Source: Verrucomicrobiota bacterium (lineage in GTDB: Bacteria > Verrucomicrobiota > Verrucomicrobiia > Opitutales > Opitutaceae). Taken from it: a DNA stretch of 64,000 bases. Of this stretch, positions 38,870 to 47,529 are shown piece after piece. Under the pieces are notes generated by a model. The model worked only from the letters and a program-made list of their open reading frames with translations, was not told where the DNA came from and did not search any database. The stretch lies in assembly GCA_023391285.1 (NCBI GenBank), contig JAEWBF010000055.1, forward strand, positions 6,705 to 70,704. The letters run 5' to 3'. The position numbers and the translations under genes are program-made. The first letter of the stretch is position 1; every line of letters begins with the position of its first letter.

Positions 38870-38870
38870 C

Positions 38871-38887
38871 TGTCATTCTGAGCGAAG
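38871..38887. repeat. Family-C REP interrupted by IS110 (first part)
   Basis: TGTCATTCTGAGCGAAG; resumes after the element as CGAAGGATTC at 40469-40478. Confidence 0.85.
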
Positions 38888-38900
38888 AGGTGCTCTCGAT

Positions 38901-38906
38901 TTTCAA
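38901..38906 (-). promoter_or_regulatory. -35 box (TTGAAA) of a predicted circle-junction promoter
   Basis: Joining the right end to the left end gives TTGAAA-17 nt-TACCAA, with TG immediately upstream (TGn) of the -10-like hexamer. Confidence 0.55.
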
Positions 38907-38936
38907 GCGAGATTTGGTGTGGTGACGCGCCATGGT

Positions 38937-40193
38937 TCAGGCGGGTTGGTTCGGCTGGAGGGCGATGAGCCAGGAGCCGTGTTTGACCTGATTGCGGGTG
39001 TGCAGGGCCTCGTCGTAGGGCGTGTTGTTCTGCCACATTTTCCACAGGATCTTGAGCCAGCGCTGACCGAGGCAACGCAGGGCACAGGCGTGGGTGTGCC
39101 CTCTTGCACGATGCGCCTTGTAATACGCATCGGCCCAGGCGCACTGAGCACGCGAGTGATCGGCCCAGAGGTGCACGGCCGCCCGCAGGTTGGACGAACA
39201 CCAGAAGCGCACGCGGTGCTTTTCGATCTGGCCGGATTTGATCGTGAGCGGCGCGGTGCCCGCGTAGGCTTGCAGGCCTTCGGCGTGGTTGAAGCGCGTG
39301 CGGTCGTCCCCGATCTCCGAGAGCAAACGCGGCGCCAGCTTCGGGCCGGCGCCCGGGAGCGAGCCGAACAAGTCGTGGTCGGGATGACAGGCGAAGCACT
39401 CCGCGATGCGCGTGCGATACGTCTCCAATTGCGCTTCGAGCACATGCAGCATCTTGATCAAAGAGACCGCGAGCAGGCTCTTGGCCGCGATGGTCGGGGG
39501 CGAACCCTGGAGTTGATCCGCGCGTTGGAAGATGGCGAAGCGGCTTTCGGCGCTGGCTTCGCGCCAGATTTTATGCGCGTGCAAAACCTTTTCCCATTGC
39601 CGCCGGCCCGCACGCACCAGCGCCTGGGGCGTGGGGAACGCTTCGACGAAGGACCAGGCGCCTGGGCGCGTCCAGTCGGCGAAGGCCTCGAGCGCCGCCG
39701 GGTAGTAATCGCGCAGGGCGGCGCGCAGCTGGTTGATGAGCGCGGTGCGCTGCTCGATGAGCTGCACTTCGTCGCGCGTGAGCAGCCGCAGCTCGGCAAG
39801 GAGTGGGTCCTCGGCGGCGAGCGGCTTCCAACCGTGGCCATCGAGCCGCAGCGCGTCGGCGAGGCTCCACGCATCGCGGTGGTCGTCCTTTACACCCGAC
39901 GGCGACTGGCGCTCGCGGTAACGCTGCGCGCTCTTCGGATTGACGGGGAAGACCGTGTAGCCCGCGGCGAGCAGTTGCTCGACCGCCAGACCGTTGCAGG
40001 TCTCGATGGCGATGGCAACCGGCGCAAACTTCTCCAGGGTTTTAGCCAGCGTGCGCCAGCCCTCGGCCGTGTGTTCGAAGCGCAGCTCGCAGACGATCGC
40101 ACCGAGGCGATCGACCACGACCACGTCGTGATGATCACGCGCCCAGTCCAGGGCGGCGAAGTAGTGTCGTTCGTTCCATGGGGTCGGGTTCAT
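38937..40193 (-). CDS. IS110-family DEDD transposase/recombinase (418 aa)
   Basis: 'FAALDWARDHH' (D), 'IAIET' (E), 'VNP', 'KDDHRDA' (D,D); coiled-coil linker; Tnp domain 'SLPGAGP...EIGD..RF..AYAGTAP.TIKSG' with the conserved Ser. Confidence 0.95.
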   Translation of the reverse strand: MNPTPWNERHYFAALDWARDHHDVVVVDRLGAIVCELRFEHTAEGWRTLAKTLEKFAPVAIAIETCNGLAVEQLLAAGYTVFPVNPKSAQRYRERQSPSGVKDDHRDAWSLADALRLDGHGWKPLAAEDPLLAELRLLTRDEVQLIEQRTALINQLRAALRDYYPAALEAFADWTRPGAWSFVEAFPTPQALVRAGRRQWEKVLHAHKIWREASAESRFAIFQRADQLQGSPPTIAAKSLLAVSLIKMLHVLEAQLETYRTRIAECFACHPDHDLFGSLPGAGPKLAPRLLSEIGDDRTRFNHAEGLQAYAGTAPLTIKSGQIEKHRVRFWCSSNLRAAVHLWADHSRAQCAWADAYYKAHRARGHTHACALRCLGQRWLKILWKMWQNNTPYDEALHTRNQVKHGSWLIALQPNQPA

Positions 40194-40460
40194 TGTTTTG
40201 CGACGCGTGCTCGGGCCGCCATGCCTCGCGCTGATACAGGGACCGTCATGCGGTGGGGTGCTCTCAGAGGTTGGGGCGGACGCCGCGCCCGCGGCCGGAT
40301 CTCTACGCTGAGCCTTCGTAAGGCGCCTAGAATCGGTCCGTGTCCGCGGGCGGGCGCAAGCAGCGCCAGGACTACCTTGCGGCAATCCCGGGCTGCTCGC
40401 AACGCGGCCGAACTCCATTTTGCGATTCCGTCCGGCCGCATTGCGAGCAGCCTCGGAATT
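40194..40460 (-). ncRNA. Predicted bridge RNA (5' long hairpin, target-binding loop, donor-binding loop); ends approximate
   Basis: Stem 40391-40410/40433-40452. Loop 1 is closed by 40344-40351/40287-40294, with inner hairpin 40312-40324. Loop 2 has inner hairpin 40242-40254. Loop segments match the target REP and the donor junction (see findings). Confidence 0.8.
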
Positions 40461-40519
40461 GGTATCAGCGAAGGATTCACTTTGATGTGCGTGTGCGCGG
40501 TGGCGGCGGGCATCGAACT

Positions 40520-40546
40520 GGATTCTTCGCTGCGCTCAGAATGACA
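40520..40546. repeat. Family-C REP, inverted partner of the interrupted copy
   Basis: GGATTCTTCGCTGCGCTCAGAATGACA. Confidence 0.85.
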
Positions 40547-40590
40547 AAGGGGGCGGCTCGGAATGCCAAAGAGACGGTAAAGAAAATCGA

Positions 40591-41358
40591 TCAGCGGGCG
40601 AGCCAGCCGCCGTCGACGGCGAGGGTGAAGCCGTGCATGTAGTCGGAGGCGGGCGAGGCGAGGAAGACGGCGGCGCCGGCGAGGTCTTCGGGCGTGCCCC
40701 AGCGGCCGGCGGGGATGCGATCGAGGATGGCGGCGTTGCGTTTTTCGTCGGCGCGGATCGCGGTCGTGTTGTCGGTCGCCATGTAGCCGGGCGCGAGGGC
40801 GTTCACGTTGATGCCGTGCGGGGCGAGCTCGTTGGCCATGAGTTTGGTGAGGCCGTTGAGCGCGCTTTTGGCGGCGGTGTAGGAGCCGACTTTGATGCCG
40901 CCCTGGAAAGAGAGCATCGAGGTGACGTTGATGATTTTGCCGGGCGCTTGTTTCGCGATGAGTTGGCGGGCGAACACCTGGCTGAGGCGGAAGGCGGCAT
41001 CGAGGTTGACGTTGAGAACCTCGCGCCAGTCCTGCTCGGTGAAATCGACGAACGCGGCGCGGCGGATGATGCCGGCGTTGTTGATGAGGATGTCGGCGCG
41101 GCCGAGAGTGTTGACGGTCTCGGTGACGATGCGTTCGGCGGCGCCATCGGCGCCGACGTCGATGGCGATCTTGGTGCATTTGCGGCCGGCGGCGGCGATG
41201 TCGGCGGCGAGCGCGGAGGTGTCGCCGCGCGCGACGAGAGCGACGTCGGCTCCGGCTTCGGCGAGCGCGAGCGCCATGCCGGCGCCCAAGCCGCGCGAGG
41301 CGCCGGTGACGATCGCGACGCGGCCGTCGAGACGGAATTTATCGAGGATGTTGGGCAT
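40591..41358 (-). CDS. kduD: 2-dehydro-3-deoxy-D-gluconate 5-dehydrogenase (SDR)
   Basis: 'TGASRGLG', 'NNAGIIRR', 'SMLSFQGGI', 'YTAAK', 'GRWGTPEDL', 'VDGGWLAR'; adjacent to kduI. Confidence 0.9.
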   Translation of the reverse strand: MPNILDKFRLDGRVAIVTGASRGLGAGMALALAEAGADVALVARGDTSALAADIAAAGRKCTKIAIDVGADGAAERIVTETVNTLGRADILINNAGIIRRAAFVDFTEQDWREVLNVNLDAAFRLSQVFARQLIAKQAPGKIINVTSMLSFQGGIKVGSYTAAKSALNGLTKLMANELAPHGINVNALAPGYMATDNTTAIRADEKRNAAILDRIPAGRWGTPEDLAGAAVFLASPASDYMHGFTLAVDGGWLAR

Positions 41359-41385
41359 GAGTCAGAGGAAGGAGTTGAGGGGAGG

Positions 41386-41512
41386 AACCACAAAACACAC
41401 GAAATACACGAAAAGAGTGATAGCTGCGGAGAATGGAAACCTTAGTGCGGAAGCTGAAGGTCAGCACGTCATGCAAGGATTGGTTTTCGTGTGTTTCGTG
41501 TATTTCGTGGTT
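41386..41512. repeat. Inverted pair of 9-bp tandem units (ACACGAAAN), family D
   Basis: AACCACAAAACACACGAAATACACGAAAA (41386-41414) and TTTTCGTGTGTTTCGTGTATTTCGTGGTT (41484-41512). Confidence 0.8.
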
Positions 41513-41525
41513 TCTATAGTTCGCG

Positions 41526-42350
41526 TTATCGCAGGTCGGACATGGGGACGGCGTCCATGTCGGTGAAGGTCTGGTTGTCGCCGCCCATGGCCCAGATGAA
41601 GCGATAGCTGCCAGTGCCGACGCCGGAGTGGATGGACCAGGAGGGTGAAAGGGCGGCTTCGCGATCGCGGACGATGAGGTGGCGGGTGCGTTGCGGCTCG
41701 CCGAGGAGGTGCACGATCATTTCGGAGCCGAGATCGAAATAGAGATAGATCTCGGTGCGGCGGGAATGGGTGTGCGTCGGCATGGTGTTCCAGACGCTGC
41801 CGGATTCGAACTCGGTGAAGCCCATCACGAGCTGGCAGCTTTTGATGCCGTCGGCGTGGATGTATTTATTAATGCGGCGCCGGTTGGCTTTGGCGGGATC
41901 GCCGATGGGCGCGCCGATGTTTTTCTCGCGGGTGGAATGAGCGGTCGGATGTTTGGCGTGCGCGGGGGTGCTGACGAAGTAGAAAGCGGCCTGGCCGGAG
42001 GGGCCGTTTTCGAACAGCACCTCGCGTTCGCCGAGCCCGATGTAGAGGCAATCGAGGGCATTCATTTCATGGCGCGTGTCGCCCACGCGGATCGCGCCGG
42101 GATCGCCGATGTTGATGATGCCAATTTCGCGACGCTCGAGGAAGAAGCTGGTGCCGGTTTCCTTCGCGTTGGGCAATCCCAAGGCTTGGCCGGTCGGCAT
42201 AACGCCACCGATGATCATGCGATCGAGGTCGGTGTAGTGCGCGATGAGTTCGCCGGCGCGAAACAGATCGCTGATGAGAAAAGCGTCGCGCAGGGCCTCG
42301 GTGCCGAGGGTATTTGTCTCCGCGGGAGAAGGTGAATAATGGAGCTTCAT
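41526..42350 (-). CDS. kduI: 5-dehydro-4-deoxy-D-glucuronate isomerase
   Basis: 'FLERREIGIINIG', 'SCQLVMG', 'WNTMPTHTHSRRTEIYLYF', 'SPSWSIHSGVG', 'FIWAMGGDN'. Confidence 0.95.
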   Translation of the reverse strand: MKLHYSPSPAETNTLGTEALRDAFLISDLFRAGELIAHYTDLDRMIIGGVMPTGQALGLPNAKETGTSFFLERREIGIINIGDPGAIRVGDTRHEMNALDCLYIGLGEREVLFENGPSGQAAFYFVSTPAHAKHPTAHSTREKNIGAPIGDPAKANRRRINKYIHADGIKSCQLVMGFTEFESGSVWNTMPTHTHSRRTEIYLYFDLGSEMIVHLLGEPQRTRHLIVRDREAALSPSWSIHSGVGTGSYRFIWAMGGDNQTFTDMDAVPMSDLR

Positions 42351-42607
42351 GGCGATACGAAAGGGGGCCGGCGGGAACGGGAAAGCGAGAGCCGATTAAT
42401 TGTTGCGGATGAGTGGTTCCGCAAGCCACGCGACGGGGGTGTTAACGAGGCAACTGGATGCATACGCCCGATGGGGCGGCGCGACAGGTTGATTTTCGGT
42501 CGCATCGTTGACGCAGCCAGATTCCCCTTGGTGCGTTTCGGGAAACTCTTAACTGTGTTTGCTGAATTTCTTCCGCTACAAGCGGCAGCTGGTTCGTCTT
42601 AGCTCCC

Positions 42608-43588
42608 ATGACCCGAATCCTTCTTACCACCACCTCGTTCCAGGACACGCCTGGCGCCCATCATGAACTGCTCGCGAGCACCGGATGGGAAGTCATCCGC
42701 GCCCGCGGACCGCTCAACGAAGCGGACACGCTGGCGTTCGTCGGTGACATCGATGGCTACATTTGCGGCGACGACATGATCACGCGCGCGGTGCTCGAGA
42801 AGGCGCGACCGCGCTTGAAGGTGTTGTCGAAATACGGGATCGGCGTGGACAAGATCGACGTGAAGTCGTGCACCGAATTCGGAATTCCGCTGCTGTTCAC
42901 GCCGGGCGTGAATCATACGACGGTGGCGGAGCATACGTTCCTGCTGCTGCTCGCGCTGGAGAAGAATTTTCTGTTTCACACCGATTCGACCCGGTCGGGT
43001 GGTTGGAAACGCAAGACCGGTCACGAACTGTTGGAGAAGACGATCGGTATCGTGGGTCTGGGGCGCATCGGGAAGGAAGTCGCGATTCGCGCGCGGGCGT
43101 TCGGGATGAAGGCGATCGGGTATGATGTTTACTGGGACGAGAAGTTCGCGGCGGAACACGGCGTGAAGCGCGCGGCGACGCTCGAGGAGATCTTTGGGGC
43201 GTCGGACTACCTTTCGCTGCACACGAATCTGACGCCGGAGACGCGCGACATGATCAACGCCAAGAACATCGCGAAGATGAAGAAAGGCGTGTTGATCCTG
43301 AACTGCGCGCGGGGTGAGATCGTCCACACGAACGACCTGGTGGAGGCGTTGAAGACTGGGCAGGTCGGCGGCTATGGCACCGACGTGCTCGATCAGGAGC
43401 CGCCCGCGGCGGATCATCCGCTGTTGAAGCTGCCGAATGTCGTGTGCACGCCGCACATCGGTTCGCGGACGCATGAGAGCGTGCAGCGGCAGGCGCTCGC
43501 GTCGGTGAAGAATCTGATCGCGGCCATGCACGGCGAGAAGCCGCTGGCGCAGGTGAATCCGGAGGTGGCGGTGAAGCGCGTGGTGTGA
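42608..43588 (+). CDS. D-isomer-specific 2-hydroxyacid dehydrogenase (SerA-like, no ACT domain)
   Basis: 'GIGVDKID', 'TIGIVGLGRIG', 'NCARG', 'DVLDQEP', 'TPHIG'. Confidence 0.88.
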   Translation: MTRILLTTTSFQDTPGAHHELLASTGWEVIRARGPLNEADTLAFVGDIDGYICGDDMITRAVLEKARPRLKVLSKYGIGVDKIDVKSCTEFGIPLLFTPGVNHTTVAEHTFLLLLALEKNFLFHTDSTRSGGWKRKTGHELLEKTIGIVGLGRIGKEVAIRARAFGMKAIGYDVYWDEKFAAEHGVKRAATLEEIFGASDYLSLHTNLTPETRDMINAKNIAKMKKGVLILNCARGEIVHTNDLVEALKTGQVGGYGTDVLDQEPPAADHPLLKLPNVVCTPHIGSRTHESVQRQALASVKNLIAAMHGEKPLAQVNPEVAVKRVV

Positions 43589-43599
43589 GGACCACGCGC

Positions 43600-43694
43600 A
43601 GTTGAGAGTTGAGAGCTGAGAGTTGAGAGACCCAAACCGACCTGGTCCTCCCGAAATTCGCAGCTGTTCGTCTCTCAACCCTCAACCCTCAACT
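43600..43694. repeat. Inverted heptamer tandem repeats (AGTTGAG)4 / (CTCAACC)~3
   Basis: AGTTGAG AGTTGAG AGCTGAG AGTTGAG at 43600-43627; CTCTCAACCCTCAACCCTCAACT at 43672-43694. Confidence 0.8.
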
Positions 43695-43707
43695 TTTCCT
43701 CATCCCC

Positions 43708-44805
43708 ATGTCTGAAGTTTTCTACGTCGTCCCGGAAGAACAGCACAACGCGCTCGTGGCCGCTGCGTATCAGCATCGCGGTTACAGCAAGCAGGAGGCG
43801 GAGGCGGGCGCGCGATTCTGCGCGGAAGCCACGCGCCACGGCATTCGCACGCACAACGCGCTGAAGGCGCTGCACCTCGATCATCTTTTCGGCTCCGCGG
43901 CGGGCGGCTGCCTGCCGAAGGCGAAGATCGAAAAGGTGAAGACGCGCTACCGCGCAGCGCAGGTGTGGAACGCGAATCGCAAACTCGGTCAGGCGACCGG
44001 TTACGCGGCGATCGAAGCGGCGATCAAACTCGCGGATAAATACGGCGTCGGGATGGTCTCGGTCGACAACGCCTTCCATTACCTGTGGGGCGGCGGTTAC
44101 GTGATGGACGCGGCGAAACGCGGTTACATCGCTTATACGAATTGCACGGCCGCGCTCGCGGAGGTGGTGCCGTTTGGCGGCAAGTTTCCGACGCTCGGCA
44201 CGAATCCGCATTCTTGGGGTTTTCCGACGCAGAATGCGATTGGTTATCCGATCGTGATCGACTGGGCGACGAGCGTGGTGGCGATGGGCCGCGTGCAGCA
44301 ACTGGCGCGGGAAGGGAAGCAGCTCCCGCCGGGAGCGGCGGTGGACGAAAATGGCGCGCCCACGACGGATCCGACGAAAGCGAAATACCTCGTGCCGTTT
44401 GGCGCGCACAAAGGTTATGGTCTCGCGCTCATGAACGAGATCATTGGCGCGTTCATTGGGGGATCGCTGCCGACGATTCGCAATCGTTGGAGCCAGGTGC
44501 CGGAAGGCGAGAAGGGCACGTGCGCGTTTTTCTTCCAAGTGTGGCATCCCGATGCGATGAACGGCGGCGCGTTCGCGAAAGGCCGCACCCAGGCTGAGAA
44601 CGTGAAGGCCGTGATCGACGACATCCTCGGGCACGGAAACGAAAACTGCATGTTGCCCGGACAACTCGAAGCGCAGGCGGCGGCGCGCTGTGCGAAGAAC
44701 GGCGGGCTGTTGTTCTCCGAAGCGGAGATCAACGCTTTCAGCGAAATCGCCGGCGAGATCGGCAAGCGCGCCTGGCTGCTCACTGACCTGAAGGTCGCTG
44801 AATAA
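43708..44805 (+). CDS. Ldh_2-family (type 2 malate/L-lactate dehydrogenase-like) oxidoreductase
   Basis: 'GIRTHN', 'YGVGMVSVDNAFHY', 'PTLGTNPHSWGFP', 'IDWATS', 'FGAHKGYGLALM'. Confidence 0.88.
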   Translation: MSEVFYVVPEEQHNALVAAAYQHRGYSKQEAEAGARFCAEATRHGIRTHNALKALHLDHLFGSAAGGCLPKAKIEKVKTRYRAAQVWNANRKLGQATGYAAIEAAIKLADKYGVGMVSVDNAFHYLWGGGYVMDAAKRGYIAYTNCTAALAEVVPFGGKFPTLGTNPHSWGFPTQNAIGYPIVIDWATSVVAMGRVQQLAREGKQLPPGAAVDENGAPTTDPTKAKYLVPFGAHKGYGLALMNEIIGAFIGGSLPTIRNRWSQVPEGEKGTCAFFFQVWHPDAMNGGAFAKGRTQAENVKAVIDDILGHGNENCMLPGQLEAQAAARCAKNGGLLFSEAEINAFSEIAGEIGKRAWLLTDLKVAE

Positions 44806-44821
44806 ACTTCAATCCATCACC

Positions 44822-44889
44822 GCCCGCGAAACACGCGAACTGACGCGAAAGGTAATTGAATTTCGCGACCTTTCGCGTGTTTCGCGGGC
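44822..44889. repeat. Inverted repeat built from ACGCGAA units (family D-like)
   Basis: GCCCGCGAAACACGCGAA (44822-44839) and TTCGCGTGTTTCGCGGGC (44872-44889). Confidence 0.75.
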
Positions 44890-44907
44890 CTAACCCTCTA
44901 TCCTCCC

Positions 44908-46005
<1,098 letters not shown>

Positions 46006-46038
46006 GTTGGGGAAGCAACTCCCCCAGCCAACAACAGA

Positions 46039-46071
46039 GTAGCGGCAGGCCTCCGTGCCTGCCGTTTTTTT
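46039..46071 (+). terminator. Hairpin with U-tract after kdgK (begins with GTAG, so possibly also REP-derived)
   Basis: GTAG CGGCAGGC ctccgt GCCTGCCG TTTTTTT. Confidence 0.6.
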
Positions 46072-46871
46072 ACGTCGGGCCGGCATCGCTGAGCAACCGC
46101 ACGGGCACTTTCACGAAATTCGCGCGCGGGCCGGCGTGTCCGCCCACACGCCGGCAGGTGCGCAGCGCCCAGAGTGTCGCCGCCAGTCGATTGGGCGCGC
46201 CGGTTTTTAGGAAGATCGCGGAGACGTGATCCTTCACGGTTTGCGCGTTGATGCGAAGGATGGTTGCGATCTCCACGTTGGTTTTCCCCTCTGCCAGCCA
46301 CACGAGCACGTCGGCTTCGCGCGGGGTAAGACCTGCCTGCGTGAGCAACGCCACGTCGGCTCCGGCGATCTCGTCCTCGGCCTTCAGTTTCGCGAGCTGG
46401 CGGGCATTCGTCAGGTGTTGTTGCGCGAGTTCGATCACCGCGCGATCGCGCGACGAGAAGTCAGATCCGCGCCAGCGTTCGATGCCGAAGAACGCGATCT
46501 CGTCCCGACCGGTCGGCACGTGGATCGCGCAATGATTGTCGCTTGGCAGGAGCCGCATGCACTCGTGGTAGATGTCGAGCTGGCGAAACTGCCGCGCGGT
46601 GAAAAAATCGCTTCGGTAAAACGGTTTCCCCGCGTTCACCGTCGGATCCCAACGAAATAGCGGATACTGCATCATCATCTGTCCAAACGCCGCCATCGCG
46701 CGCGGAAACTGCGGGACGGGCGTGTCGAAGCCGATGTCGAGTTTCATCGACGTCACATTCAGCGCGCCGAAGGCGACAAACTCCTTGCCCACGATGCGTC
46801 CAATGAAATCGAAGCAGCGCGGCGCGCGCTTCGCTGTAGGCCACGAGTTCGCTCCCGGATAGTCGAATCAT
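46070..46871 (-). pseudogene. LuxR-family HTH regulator with a probable 5' frameshift/deletion
   Basis: C-terminal 'GLTPREADVLVWLAEGKTNVEIATIL...TVKDHVSAIFLKTG'. A plausible N-terminus (MIRLSGSELVAYSEARAAL, ATG 46871) is out of frame with the body (FDFIGRIVGKEF...). Confidence 0.6.
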
Positions 46872-47232
46872 GGTCGAACAAAAAACACTCCACACAGTTG
46901 CTGGGCTTGAGAACGAGAGAGGGAAGGAAAGGGGAGGCGGTTCACCATGAGGGAGGGTTTCTGCGTCTCGCAATCCGGCGGAGGCGCGGCGAAAGGTGGA
47001 TTGCTGGAGGCAACGCCTCGATTCCTTCGGCGAAGCGAGGCGGCGTCACGGACCAGCCTCTGACAATTCCGTCAGGAAGCACCCCCTACCGTCGGGGGAT
47101 GGTTGGGCGACGGATTCTTCCCTAGGATACGACTGGTCCACACCCGTCGCGCGTTTCCAGCTTCCGCGCTTTCCCTCGCGAGCGAGGGCTCTCCTTGAGC
47201 CGCGTCGTGGCGTGTTCGCCCGCCCGTCGTCG

Positions 47233-47490
47233 ATGCCAAAGAAAACGAAAAAGAAAACCGCCCGTTCGCGCGTATCTGCGAATACTCCTGCCAACTCACG
47301 CCGGGCGAAACGCGTCCGCATCGCAACGCAGCCGGTAACCGAGCCGCAAGTCGTCATCGAGATGTCGCCCGATTTCACGTCTGCGACGATTTGGCTGCCA
47401 CCTGCGGCCAAAGCTCCCGCGGCTTCGCGGTCGTCCGCCTGTGCGAAAGCAAGAGCCAGCCGTTCGTCCTCATCGTCCCGCGATCGCTGA
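47233..47490 (+). CDS. Small basic hypothetical protein (85 aa)
   Basis: MPKKTKKKTARSRVS...PQVVIEMSPDFTSATIWLPP; ends 39 nt before the next gene. Confidence 0.4.
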   Translation: MPKKTKKKTARSRVSANTPANSRRAKRVRIATQPVTEPQVVIEMSPDFTSATIWLPPAAKAPAASRSSACAKARASRSSSSSRDR

Positions 47491-47529
47491 GATCGCTTCA
47501 TCTCCACCCCGCTTCGACCCGCGTTTACC

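Larger units (their letters stand above)
38886..40468 (-). mobile_element. Complete IS110-family insertion sequence flanked by CT cores (AG on + at 38886-38887 and 40467-40468)
   Basis: DEDD transposase; no terminal inverted repeats; removing the element plus one AG restores an intact REP, TGTCATTCTGAGCGAAGCGAAGGATTC; long left end (273 nt), short right end (49 nt). Confidence 0.92.

Noticed and set aside
40194..40418. 75-aa N-terminal extension of the transposase in the ORF track
   Set aside because: The region is the structured non-coding left end; the first catalytic Asp lies 15 aa after ATG 40193, as usual for the family
38811..40544. 577-aa ORF antisense to the IS110 transposase
   Set aside because: Crosses both element ends and REP sequences; no protein motifs
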